DNA from: Chiloscyllium plagiosum
Taxonomy: Eukaryota
Reading direction: 5' to 3'
DNA length: 64,000 nt
Assembly: GCF_004010195.1 (NCBI RefSeq)
Contig: NC_057728.1
Span: 49,592,561 to 49,656,560, forward strand
Shown here: positions 12,301-21,513 of the stretch, piece by piece
Layout of the letters: every line of letters starts with the position of its first letter
Position numbering within the stretch: the first letter of the stretch is position 1
Translations under genes and position numbers: made by a program
The notes under the pieces: model-generated
What the model was told of the DNA's origin: nothing
Database searches by the model: none
What the model saw: only the letters and a program-made list of their open reading frames with translations

Positions 12301-14797
12301 CGCAGGCTCGTAGGATTACAGCATTTAAAAGACATCTAGATGGGCTTATGAATAGGAAGGGTTTAGAAGGATATGGGCCAAATGCTGGCAAATGGGACTA
12401 GATTAATTTAGGATATCTGGTCAGCATGGACGAGTTGGACCAAAGAGTCTGTTTCCGTGCTGTATATCTCTATGACTCTTCTGTTTAAAAAAAAACACAA
12501 CATCTTGCTTTTTTTTCTCTGGGCTTGCTGCAACATCTTGTGAATTAGATTTAAATTCTGGGGAAATCTTAGAAAGTTAGTAATCCTAGAAAACCCTGGG
12601 TACTAGCGAGACCTCCATTGCTGCGTGGCATCCTAAGTTTCAGGCAGTCAGCCATCCTGTAGAGTGCACTAGGAGCTACATTATCCTCAGCCTGCATTAC
12701 CTGACAGCCCCGGCCATTGACACTTGCCGCACAACATCTCCAAAGTCCCCTTCTGAAACCCCTTTCTAAGTCCTTCCAGCCTTAAGATTTTACCTTCAAG
12801 CTTCACTGCATATTCCAAGCTGGCATTCCCCAATGCTACTACTGTGTGAGTGCTTCACTGTCTGAAATGCCATTTATATAAGGTATTACCCCAGGGCCCC
12901 AGGTAACTTCACAGCTGGATGTTGAGATGTCCATGGCTTTCCTGGAAGAAAGGCTGAGATTTCCTTGTACCTGAGTCGTTGGTGTGAAACACTGGGAGTT
13001 GGTATGAAATACTGAGCGTTGGCTGTCTATATAACAGAGACTGTGTTCCACAGTAAATGACTTGCAACTTTATAAAGCATTGGTTAGGCCAAGACAGAAT
13101 ACTCTGCATAGTTGTGTTTGTCACAGACAGAAGGACATGTGATTTTTAACTTTGTACACCCCAGTCCAACACCGGCATCTCCAAAAGAAGGACATGAGTA
13201 CACTGGAGAGGATACAAAGTAGGTTTGCCAGAATGAAAAGTTTCAGTTATGAGATGCGACTAAATAGGCTGCTTTTGTTTTCCTTGGAGCAGAGGTGTCC
13301 GCTAGGGATTTGATTGAAGTGTACAAAACTATGAGAGGTATGGACAGAGTAGATTGTAAGAATCATTTCCCCAGGGCGGACGTGTCCAAGACCATACAGC
13401 ATAAGTGTAAGGTCAGTAAGTGGTTTAGGAGAGAGATGAGGAAAAACTTATTCACCCAGAAAGTGCTGCCTAAGAGGGTGGTGGAGGCAGGTACAACATT
13501 TAAGAAGCATCTGGATGAGGTCTTAAAATGCCAGGGCTTGGTAGACTATGGATCAGATAAAAGGGACTAGTGTAGTTTGGTGGTTATTGGGCTGGCATAC
13601 ACATGGTGGACTGAAGGGCCTGTTTCTATGCTGTATTATTCTATGACTTCAGTTAAGAGTCATACAGGAGTTGAAATATTAATTCTGTTTCTGTCTTCAC
13701 AGATTCTGCCAGAAATGCTGAGTTGCTTTGCATTTGTTTTTTATTGGTTGGCTCCCACATTTCTTGCATCGATTACATTGGTTCTGGTGTTAGTTTGGAG
13801 AGCTTGAACAATCTAAGGAAGTATCTTTCAAAGCAGTGACCACATTGAGGTATTAATTGTTCAAATTCAGCTCTGTTGGGTGGGACATTGTGTTTGCAAA
13901 CCACACACCAGAGACCTGAAACAATTGCTCCATTCAGAATTTAGTCATGACGGAAATGCTGGAAAGGGTGTCCTCAAAACATCATTGAAGATATCAACCT
14001 ACACTCAGTGACTTACTGGAGACCCTGACTTGTGACCAAAAACTTGGAGAAGACTCACTCCTTAAGGCATCGACCATATCGAATCTTTGTAGGGAACAAG
14101 CAGAAGTGAAGTTGAGGCATCGGAGACAGGGCACAAATCTCCAAACCGTCCACTTACCCAAACCTTCAAACACCAGCTGCCTCACACAAGAAGGAGTCTG
14201 CAGACCACACCTTGGGCCATCTTGGAATTCACTAAACCAGAGACAGAGCAAGTCATCCTCACTCAGTCATCCAGCAACTGATTAAGAAAGACAAGTCTGG
14301 AAATAAATACCCTAATACATCAGTAAAGGGAAGCATCTATGGAGTCCTTTAACAGAGCTGATTAACTATCACATATTCGTAATGATTTAACTACTCAAAG
14401 ACTACTGGCAATCCCTTGTTATCCTTCCCTTCACCTGGACACTCACCTCATAGCTGCTGGTAACACCAAGCCTGTAGAAGATTGGCAGGAAGACTTTGGC
14501 ACTGAGAATCACCACAAGCATGTAAGAGATGGCAAAGTAGACGTTGACAGCCCCAAAGTGATATGTATCGTATGGAGCCCCCAGCATTGTCACTGCAGAC
14601 ATGAAGCTTGCAGTGAGGCTGAGAGCCACTGGCACAGAGCTCATTTGATGGCTTCCCAGAAGAAAGTCTTCGGTTGACTCACGTCCTCTTCCCACCACTG
14701 CATGGTAGATTCCCACCAGGGCCGAGATCAGCAAGATGGCAACAAAAACGACATAGTCCCAGGCGCTGAAACTGCCGAAGGTTGTAGGTGATGCCAT
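217..14797 (-). CDS. SLC5A8: SLC5A8-like sodium-coupled monocarboxylate transporter (SSF family), coding exons 1-7; 3' part lies beyond the left window edge
   Basis: Exons 14797-14447, 11203-11138, 8718-8667, 8567-8500, 6152-5998, 5911-5771 and 346-217 splice with GT-AG sites and consistent phase into 321 codons. SSF motifs include [47 protein letters not shown] and CDPW...APDQ. Thr70 (NIS has Gln here) and adjacency to UTP20 favour SLC5A8. Confidence 0.88.
745..1123 (-). mobile_element. SINE with tRNA-like head sharing its 3' tail with the second LINE family (other copies at about 16660-17020+, 17890-18235+, 29180-29745-, 30840-31090-, 35330-35580+)
   Basis: Recurrent unit of about 370 bp: GGTAATGT..CTGGACTAGTAAT..GGTGGAATTT.AATTCAAT..CCTTTAGGGAAGGAA..GACTC..AACTGCCCT..GGGATGGGCA..AAATGCTGGCC. 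Confidence 0.65.
1625..2340 (+). mobile_element. CR1/HER1-type LINE 3' fragment containing a 59-bp HE1-tail insertion (1815-1873)
   Basis: ORF 1896-2192: [31 protein letters not shown]...WDELPEEVV; conserved 3' tail. Confidence 0.92.
3200..3848 (-). mobile_element. decayed CR1-type LINE fragment; resumes at about 4374-4770 after SINE and Penelope insertions
   Basis: Reverse 3' tail GGAGCAGAAGTAGGCCATTCAGCCC and RT-like sequence. Confidence 0.7.
3849..4188 (+). mobile_element. HE1-type tRNA-derived V-SINE
   Basis: GGCACGGTGGCTCAGTGG A-box, B-box, V-domain GCGTGGGTTTCCTC..GGTGCTCCGGTTTC and CR1-like tail. Confidence 0.88.
4192..4361. mobile_element. palindromic Penelope-derived mini element (mutated hammerhead core 4270-4297)
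   Basis: Inverted arms AGTCAAGATTAGAGTGGTGCTGGAAAAGCACA / TGTGCTTTTCCAGCACCAGTCTAATCTTGACT; 12-bp TSD CTATGATCTAAA at 4180-4191 and 4362-4373. Confidence 0.82.
4983..5287 (-). mobile_element. HE1-type V-SINE (young, CpG-rich)
   Basis: Full-length reverse copy with (TAATC)n tail. Confidence 0.9.
5771..5911 (-). CDS. SLC5A8: SLC5A8-like exon 6 (141 bp)
   Basis: Acceptor gttcag; [46 protein letters not shown]; donor gtgagt; follows an 86-bp intron. Confidence 0.93.
5998..6152 (-). CDS. SLC5A8: SLC5A8-like exon 5 (155 bp)
   Basis: Acceptor cttcag; [27 protein letters not shown]...GGRLNFW plus 2 nt; donor gtaagt. Confidence 0.93.
6460..7775 (+). mobile_element. second LINE family 3' fragment (clade unassigned), interrupted by CR1
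   Basis: Homologous to 35600-37740, 20845-21142, 52080-52450, 54730-55610 and 58920-59235; the tail resembles GGGCAATAAATGCTGGCC..GCCCACATCCCATGAA. Confidence 0.7.
6912..7491 (+). mobile_element. CR1-type LINE 3' fragment nested in another LINE
   Basis: GAAGTATTGTATGCAGTTTTGGTCTCC...GGGCTGAATGACCTACTCCTGTTCCTATG. Confidence 0.8.
7949..8067 (+). mobile_element. Penelope-type terminal fragment (GGTGTTGGACTGGGGTGTACAAAGTTAAAAATCAC family) inserted in a CR1 3' tail
   Basis: Same family as 10499-10617 and 13140-13185; flanked by the duplication CAGTCATGA at 7940-7948 and 8068-8076. Confidence 0.65.
8500..8567 (-). CDS. SLC5A8: SLC5A8-like exon 4 (68 bp)
   Basis: Acceptor ttttag; (V)[22 protein letters not shown]; donor gtaagt; follows a 99-bp intron. 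Confidence 0.92.
8667..8718 (-). CDS. SLC5A8: SLC5A8-like exon 3 (52 bp)
   Basis: Acceptor tttcag; [17 protein letters not shown] plus 1 nt; donor gtctgt. Confidence 0.92.
8800..8930. repeat. purine-rich low-complexity tract with (GA)n
   Basis: GAGAGAAAGAAAGAGAGAGAGAGAGAAAGAA. Confidence 0.8.
9014..9212. mobile_element. older palindromic Penelope-type terminal element
   Basis: GAAAAGTGCAGCATGTCTGGTAGCATCTGTGGAGAGAAATC is inverted relative to GATTTCTCTCCACAGATGCTGCCAGACCTGCTGAGCTTTTC; the central core is degenerate. Confidence 0.7.
9483..10347 (+). mobile_element. 5'-truncated Penelope-like retroelement (RT C-terminus plus 3' terminal repeat with hammerhead motif), spanning the assembly gap
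   Basis: [28 protein letters not shown] is typical of the Penelope RT C-terminus. A CTGATGA...GAAACATC core lies at 10259-10286. A near-perfect 16-bp duplication CCAGTTTCCTA[C/T]GTGA lies at 9467-9482 and 10344-10359. Confidence 0.85.
9675..10109. other. assembly gap (435 N)
   Basis: Run of n. Confidence 1.
10499..10617 (+). mobile_element. Penelope-type terminal fragment with short fold-back
   Basis: CACCAGGTTAT...ATAACCTGGTG inverted repeat; TSD GGGTTTGTGCT at 10488-10498 and 10618-10628. Confidence 0.65.
11138..11203 (-). CDS. SLC5A8: SLC5A8-like exon 2 (66 bp)
   Basis: Acceptor ttttcag; [22 protein letters not shown]; donor gtaagt. Confidence 0.93.
11607..11758 (+). mobile_element. HE1-type SINE 3' half
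   Basis: CCAAGGATGTGCAGGCTAGGTGGATT...TTTCCACACTGTAGG. Confidence 0.75.
11855..12478 (+). mobile_element. CR1/HER1-type LINE 3' fragment
   Basis: ORF 12210-12401: [17 protein letters not shown]; conserved tail. Confidence 0.9.
13065..13648 (+). mobile_element. CR1-type LINE 3' fragment
   Basis: ORF 13295-13570: [16 protein letters not shown]. Confidence 0.85.
13140..13185 (-). mobile_element. 46-bp insertion of the same family inside a CR1 fragment
   Basis: TSD AGAAGGACATG at 13129-13139 and 13186-13196. Confidence 0.7.
13860..14290 (+). mobile_element. decayed RTE-type LINE 3' end
   Basis: Frameshifted remnants resembling the RTE C-terminus (..[13 protein letters not shown].., [15 protein letters not shown], ..ASHPH), followed by an A/G-rich tail. 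Confidence 0.5.
14447..14797 (-). CDS. SLC5A8: SLC5A8-like coding exon 1 (351 bp)
   Basis: ATG at 14797; [18 protein letters not shown]...LGVTSSYE; donor GTGAGT. Confidence 0.93.
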
Positions 14798-14933
14798 TCT
14801 TCAGAACTCCTTCCCTGAGCTCAGGGCTTCTCTGCAGGTTGTTACAAGTTTCCCATGCAGCAGGAAGCAGAAACATTACAGGTAGGGCCAATCTCTGAGC
14901 CTGTTAGCAAGTTAATGTCAAACCAATTCTGAC

Positions 14934-15113
14934 TGAGTGGTGTAACTTAATTTAATTTAGTCCGTTTAATTATTTATTGAAGTGTAGTGTGGGTATTTTT
15001 TTTAAATTTGTTTTGTAAAGTTGTTAGTTTATTGTTGTTATACTCTGGTTGTTTATATTTTTTGAAATTTTATAATTTTGTAAAGAACAAAAATCTTTCT
15101 CAATAAAAAAAAC
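14934..15113 (+). mobile_element. 5'-truncated poly(A) retroposon 3' end (L1/Tx1-like) with 11-bp TSD
   Basis: T-rich body ends in AATAAAAAAAAA and is flanked by CCAATTCTGAC at 14923-14933 and 15114-15124. Confidence 0.75.
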
Positions 15114-15156
15114 CCAATTCTGACATATTTCCCAGTTACTCTCCCCTCAGGATGAA

Positions 15157-15162
15157 TTTATA
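15157..15162 (-). promoter_or_regulatory. candidate TATA box for SLC5A8-like gene
   Basis: TATAAA on the minus strand, 360 nt upstream of the ATG (about 170 nt if the TSD-flanked insertion is removed). This is a motif match only. Confidence 0.4.
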
Positions 15163-15279
15163 AGAAATATCCCACAAACGATCCATTAAAGATTGAGGTT
15201 AATGGGGAAATATAATACTTTAGTCCACATAGAGAAACTCATTAACCTAAAATACATAATTTGGAGGATGGCCAGCCTT

Positions 15280-15430
15280 TAGAAAGAAGGAGAAACATAA
15301 AAAATAGGGAAAGAGAAGGAAAGAAAGCAAAAAGGTGAGAATGAATGACAGGAAACAGAGATAAAGGAAAAGGGAAAATACAAGAAGATAGAAAGAAAGG
15401 AGGACAGGCAGAAAGGAAGAAAGAAATGTA
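15280..15430. repeat. purine-rich low-complexity tract upstream of SLC5A8
   Basis: About 150 nt dominated by A/G. Confidence 0.75.
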
Positions 15431-16299
15431 TACAGAAAATGGCCTCCAAGTTGCCTCTGGGACCTTAATCAATTGGTCATTATTCCTGGGTGAAACTTGC
15501 ACATCTACAAGCCAGTGACCAGGAATAGTGAGTCCATTCTCACCATATAGCTCCAACTTAATCTATGGACCTGAAAATTCAGCCAGCTCACAGGCTGAGC
15601 ACAGGTCATGGTTCAGAATCCAGGATCTCCCTGTCTGTCTGATTCAGGTACTTACTGAACCATCTCAGGAACTTCTCCAGATAATACTGAAATCCACAGT
15701 AATGTTTGACTAAAATTCTGCTGTTTTAATCATTCTCTTATTCGGTTGAAGTTACTTTCCATTCTGGTGTTCTCACGCTCCCTTTGCCCTGACCTTCAGC
15801 GATGCACATTAACTTTTAAAAGATTGGCTCGGTAAGAACAGGTCTTCAGAGAAGTGTTCATTGTAGACCCACCCACTCATCTCTTTCCATTTGAAATAAA
15901 TATGTACCTTACTATCCTTGTTAACTAACTGCTGCTGACCATTAAACTACAGAAGGATTCCTGTTGGATCCTCTTGTCTTCCAATCGGTAGCACATAATC
16001 TTTCAAAAAATAAAATTATTCGTGACAATTAATCCAGAAGGCATAACCAATAATCAGGCTAAAGGGAGTACAAATCGCACCTGAGCAGTTTTAGATTTTG
16101 AATTCAGTTTAAAAAATAATATTGATATACATTAAATGATATTGACTTACAGATTACAAACAGCTTTTCAACCTAATTGGCCTTTGTCAACATTTATGCT
16201 TCACAGGAGCCTTTCTCCGAGCATCTACTTCTATTTCTTTTTCATTCTTCTGTATTTTTGATTAACTAAATAATCTTGACTGCACCAAGAATTCCACTG

Positions 16300-16620
16300 G
16301 AAACCAATTTCAGATTATCAGTTGAGTTTGGGATGTCTTTCATTTACATGTGCTAGAAGCTACATATATTCATGAACAGGAACCCATTCTTTGTATGCAA
16401 AAGGAATCTGGCCATACATTGCACCTTTTACGAAGTGGAAAGGGTTATGGAGATTGCCAGTCTCCGCTACATACCCCATGCAATGGCTTGACTCATCAGA
16501 GATTACCTGCCTGGCCTGGTTTTCTTGATAAGCTAACGAAGATTGATAGTTAACAGTTCCTGCTGAATCTCCATCCCAATCATAGACCAACCAATCGGCA
16601 CTCTCTTTTCATGCTGCACA
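16300..16620 (+). mobile_element. decayed Penelope-like GIY-YIG C-terminal fragment
   Basis: LEATYIHEQEPILCMQKE resembles the LEAxxIxxxxPxLCxQKE motif at the end of PLE endonucleases. Confidence 0.5.
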
Positions 16621-17269
16621 AAATCGAAGTTAGTTTTTTGTATCCCAGTTCCTGTTAAGGGGAGGTATTGGTGTCGTGGTAACATCATTAGACCAGGGCA
16701 GCAGGTTAATGGTTTGGGGACATGGATTGGAATCCCATCATTGCAGATGGTGAAAGTGAAGTCAATAAAATCTGGAATTTTAAAAAAATCTACTAAATGG
16801 CGAGCATGTAACAATTGTCAATTGTTAAAAAAACAAGTTGATTGATTAATATCTTTTAGGGAAGGAAATCTGGCCTACAAGTGGCTCCAAACCCATAGTA
16901 GCATGGTTGACTCTTAACTGCCCTCTGCAATGGTCTAGACAGTATGGTCAAAGACAACTCGGGATAGGCAACAAATACTAACTTTGCCAGTGACCAGTGA
17001 CACTGATTTCCCATATGAGAATACAGACGAAGTCCTGATGTAAAGCTTTGACTTTGTGCCTCCCGTTATCAATGTTTTTGTTCTGTACAACAAACAGTTA
17101 TTTGTATTCCTTACAAGCTCATTTGTTTTTGGAGCTACCCTTAACAGTATCTACAATAATCATGGCTTTATCAAAAAATAATTAATTTGTTGCAAATAAA
17201 GAAACTGGTATCGGTGAGCAAGTCTCTGAAGTTTTTGGATTGTTACTAACAGACTCTTACCCTTTAAGG

Positions 17270-17680
17270 AAGGGTATTCCAACGAAGCCGGAGGAACACC
17301 ACCTTTATTTCCCATTCACTTTACAGCCTCTGGGACTCAGAATTCAGTTTTACAACTTCAGGATATGACCTCTGTAGCCCATGTACCCTCCATCTACCAC
17401 CCTATGTTGTTTGTGTCTTGCTTGGCTTTGCTCTCAGCAGAGCCATCTCATTTTCTTCATTTCACATTTAACCTTTATACCTAGTTTACATCTCTATCTC
17501 TCTTTTACAACCAGCATCACTGCCTTTGTCTTTTGCTCTGAACAATCTCATAATCTATTCCAACTAGTCCTCCTCTTCCTCCATCAATGTAAGTGTCATA
17601 CTGGACTCAGAACATTAACTCTGTTTTTCTCTTCACAGAAGCTACCACACATGCTGAGTTTCTCTAATGCTTTTATTTCA
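17270..17680 (+). mobile_element. decayed Penelope-like 3' end
   Basis: Remnant resembling EEHHLIF..TLQPSGL.I.FxNF, followed by a pyrimidine-rich stretch and a terminal-repeat-like sequence. Confidence 0.55.
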
Positions 17681-20114
17681 TGTTACCTGGTCTGGGTCTG
17701 TATGTGACATCAAAGAGCCTGAATATTAGTTGTTTTGTGAATTGCCCAGAAAACCCGATGTTATGTGACATTTCTCAGGGTAAATAAGGTTAAGTAATCT
17801 ACCACCTTATCCTGCAAATTAAGAATTGTGTATTCTGTTCAAACCAGGTTTTGTGGCAGTTAATACACTAGTTTGAATGCTTCTTGCAATAGACTATGGT
17901 CTATTGACAATAGCTCAACTATTAATCCAGAAACTCAACTAATATTTGGGACCCAGGTACAAATCCCACCACAGTAAATGGTGGAATTTGAAATTTTCTT
18001 TTAAAATCCGGAATTAAAAATCTACTGATGACGTGGAACTATGGCGAATAGTTGGAAAACTCCATCTGGCTCATAAACGTCCTTCAGGAAGTCCTCACCT
18101 GGTCTGGCCTCCTTGTGACTCCAGACCCATAGCAATGTGGTTGACTCTCAACTGCCCCCTGAAACTCAACTGCTCTCTCAACCTCTGAGATGCTGCCCAG
18201 CCAGTGACGCCCATGTCCTACAAATGAATTAAAAAACTGTCCATTTTCAGCGCAGTTTCCAAAACATTATCCTTAGATTTCATTCCTTAACAGTTCTGTG
18301 GGTGTACTTACATCACATGGACTGCAGCAGTTCAGAAAGCGGCTCCCCCTCCACCTTCTCAAGAGATGGACAATAAACGCTGCACTTGTAGCAATGCCTA
18401 CATCCTGTAAATGAATAATTAAAATGTAATTTCTTTCTACTTCCTCCTTGAAGAGAAGAAAGTTGAGAGGAGATTTGACAGAGGGATTCAAGTTCTTGAG
18501 GGATTCAGGACAGAATAGTTCAGGATAAATTATTCCTGTTGGCAGAGGATGGAGAGAGAACAAAAGAATAAAGAACAAAGTCTTCAGCAAAAGAACTGAA
18601 TGGAACAACAAGAAAGTTATTTTTATACAGTGAGTAGTTAGAATCTGAAATGCACTGCTTGAGAATGTGGTGGTGGCAGATTCAGTTGTGGCTTTCAAAA
18701 GGGAATTGCATATGTAAGGACTGTGTCATTTTATTTTTTTCAGTATTTTCTGAAGTGGACTGAAATGAGAAAAGTTCAGCTTTAAAAACCAAGGAATGGT
18801 CAAGATTGCTACATGTTTTGAAAGCAATGATGTCCTTGTTAATCCTGTCATCCAATGATTTAAAACCAGCAGGTTATATGAGTAGTTTTTGGACAAATTA
18901 GTAGAAAAAAATGAATCAGGAAATGTCAAGGTCCATAATTTTTGCAGCTAGCATTGAACTATTTAAGGGGGTTGATGAGAAACTGGCTGGGTATCTGGAG
19001 AAAACCAATGGGAGACAGAGGGATGAAGACCAGCAAACCAAGGAGCAAATAATTGGACTGTTAGTTTGAGCATAAGGTGGAGGATCAGAGTGAAGATTAT
19101 GGATGAAGACTTGGCGAAAATGAGTATTTTCTGTTTAACAAACTAATATCCATATATTGAACTCATTAGTGAAAAATGTTCAGAGTTTTCCAAGATTTCA
19201 TTGTAAATCTATAGTTTAGCATAAACACCAGTTTCCACCTTCCCTTTCTGGATTCTTCCCCTGCCCAGGCAGCCAACTGTCCACTGACAAAGAACACAGC
19301 TCTTTTTTTATTTAAAAACCATGAGCAAATTTAAATTACACATCATTATAAAATCCCAAATACTGAAATGGGAACAAGGGACGGAACTAAATTAAAATGG
19401 AGTTGGTAGGGGAACTAATACACACCAGCCCCAGCAGTGATAATCTTTCTCTGGAAGTTTCCTGGTGGACATCTTGTACTCCATCTCTAAAGACACTCAA
19501 GCACAAACATAGCCACGGAAGAGAGGCAGGAAGAAACTAGCTGACTTTATTTTTAAAAAAGCCCGCCATCAAATCATCCAATTAAACAAACTAAACATGT
19601 AACAATTAACAGGCACTTCCCACGAGGAGCAGGAGAGGAAGGGTCATGAAAGAGGGGAGGGACTAAATCAAAATGAATGTTAGAGACTTTGTTTTAATCA
19701 ACCTGTTCAGAAATGTTAGACATCCCTTTTAAGCAGGTGGACTTGAACTCCTTCCAGCACAGAGGGAGGAACTTCACCACTACACCACATGAACACAGCT
19801 TTTTTTTTTGTATTATCACCAAATCCCCTATTTCACCAGTTAAAATAACTGGTTACAAGCAATGTCTACCAGAGGCAGTGCAACAACAAGAGAAGGGAAG
19901 GTCAGGAAAAGATGGAGTGGCAAAATCAAAATGAAATTGAAGGAGGAAATAATGCACTTCAGAACCCAGAGTGTTCAACTTTCTCTAAATAAAAGGACTG
20001 GATCATAGATTTTCTTTTCTCTAATCAGTCTATTCAGTGGTGCTATCACATACCTCTGGAGGAAGAAGTAGCATTCACAAAAGATCCTTAAGCAGCATCT
20101 GCAAAACTCATTCA

Positions 20115-20845
20115 GTAACTAGTGGTGTGCCTCAGGGATCAGTGTTGGGACCACAATTATTCACAATTTATATAGGTGATTGGACTTGGGGACCATGTGT
20201 ACTGTGTTAAAGTTTGTAGGTGACACTAAGATGAGTGGCAGAGCAAAGTATGCAGAAACTGTGAAACTGTGCAGAGAAACATAGATACTTTAAGTGAGTG
20301 GGCAAAGGTCTGGCAGATGGAATACAATGTTAATAAATGTGAAGACATCCATTTTGGTAGGAGTAACAGTAAAAGGATTATTACTTGAATGGTAAAATTT
20401 TGCAGCATGCTGCTATGCAGAGGGAGTCCCTGTTCGAGAATCACACAGGATTAGTCTGCAGGTACAACAAGTAATTAGGAAGGTAAATGGAATTTTGTCC
20501 TTCATTGCTAAAGGGGTTGAGTTTAAAAGCAGAGAGGTTATGTTGCAGCTGTACAAGATACTGGTGAGGCCACACCTGGAGTAGTGTGTGCAGATTTGGT
20601 CTTCTTACTTGAGAAAGGATGCACTGGCACTGGAGGGAGTGCAGAGGAAGTTCACTAGGTTGATTCCGGAGTTGAGGGGTTGGCTTACGAGGGGAGACTG
20701 AGTATGTCTGGGATTATATTCATTGGGATTCTGAAGAATGAGAGGGGATCTTATAGAAGCATATAAAATTATGAAGGGAATAGATAAGACAGAAGCAGGC
20801 TCGAAGGGCCGGATGGCCTACTCCTGCTCCTAATTATTATGTTCA
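20115..20845 (+). mobile_element. CR1-type LINE RT fragment with internal deletion
   Basis: GGTGTGCCTCAGGGATCAGTGTTGGGACC ([10 protein letters not shown]) and a KF.DDTK-like motif; jumps to the 3' tail at about 20800. Confidence 0.88.
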
Positions 20846-21382
20846 TTACTACCACCATCTTGAAAGACGAGGGCAGTAGATACATGGGAACACCACCACT
20901 TGCAAGTTCTCCTCCAAGCCATTCACTATCCAGACTTGGAAATATATCGCCAGTCCTTCACTGTCTCTGGGTCAAAGTCCTGAAATTTCCTCTCTAAGGG
21001 CATTGTGGGTCTACTTACATACTGCACAGGGACTGTAATGGTTTGAGAAGGCAGCTCACCATCACATTCTTAAAGCAACTAAGGATAGGCAACAATTGCT
21101 GGCCCAGCCAGCAACACCCACATTCACGAGTGAATAAAAAAAGTATTCTGCTGTTGGATTTCAGCAGCTATTCCAGTCCAGATTTTAGATGGCAATTATA
21201 GTACGACAAGTTCACAAATAGAACAAGTTCACTTAACTATTAACTTTTCTACTGTTGAAAAGAATGCAATAGAATAACATTATCTGTAGTGCATCTGACT
21301 GATACTTGCAGGGGTCTAATATTTAACGAAGATGGGTTCACCAGGTTTAAAGTTAAAAACAAATCTGTCCTGAAGGAATCTG

Positions 21383-21513
21383 ATTCCTGAAGAAGGGCTC
21401 ATGCCCGAAATGTCGATTCTCCTGCTCCTTGGATGCTGCCTGACCTGCTGCGCTTTTCCAGCAACACATTTTCAGCTCTGATCTCCAGCATCTGCAGACC
21501 TCACTTTCTCCTC
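21383..21513 (+). mobile_element. Penelope terminal-repeat fragment with hammerhead-like core (21387-21414)
   Basis: ATTCCTGAAGAAGGGCTCATGCCCGAAATGTCGATTCTCCTGCTCC...CTCACTTTCTCCTC, the same family as the 29243 and 36968 elements. Confidence 0.8.
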
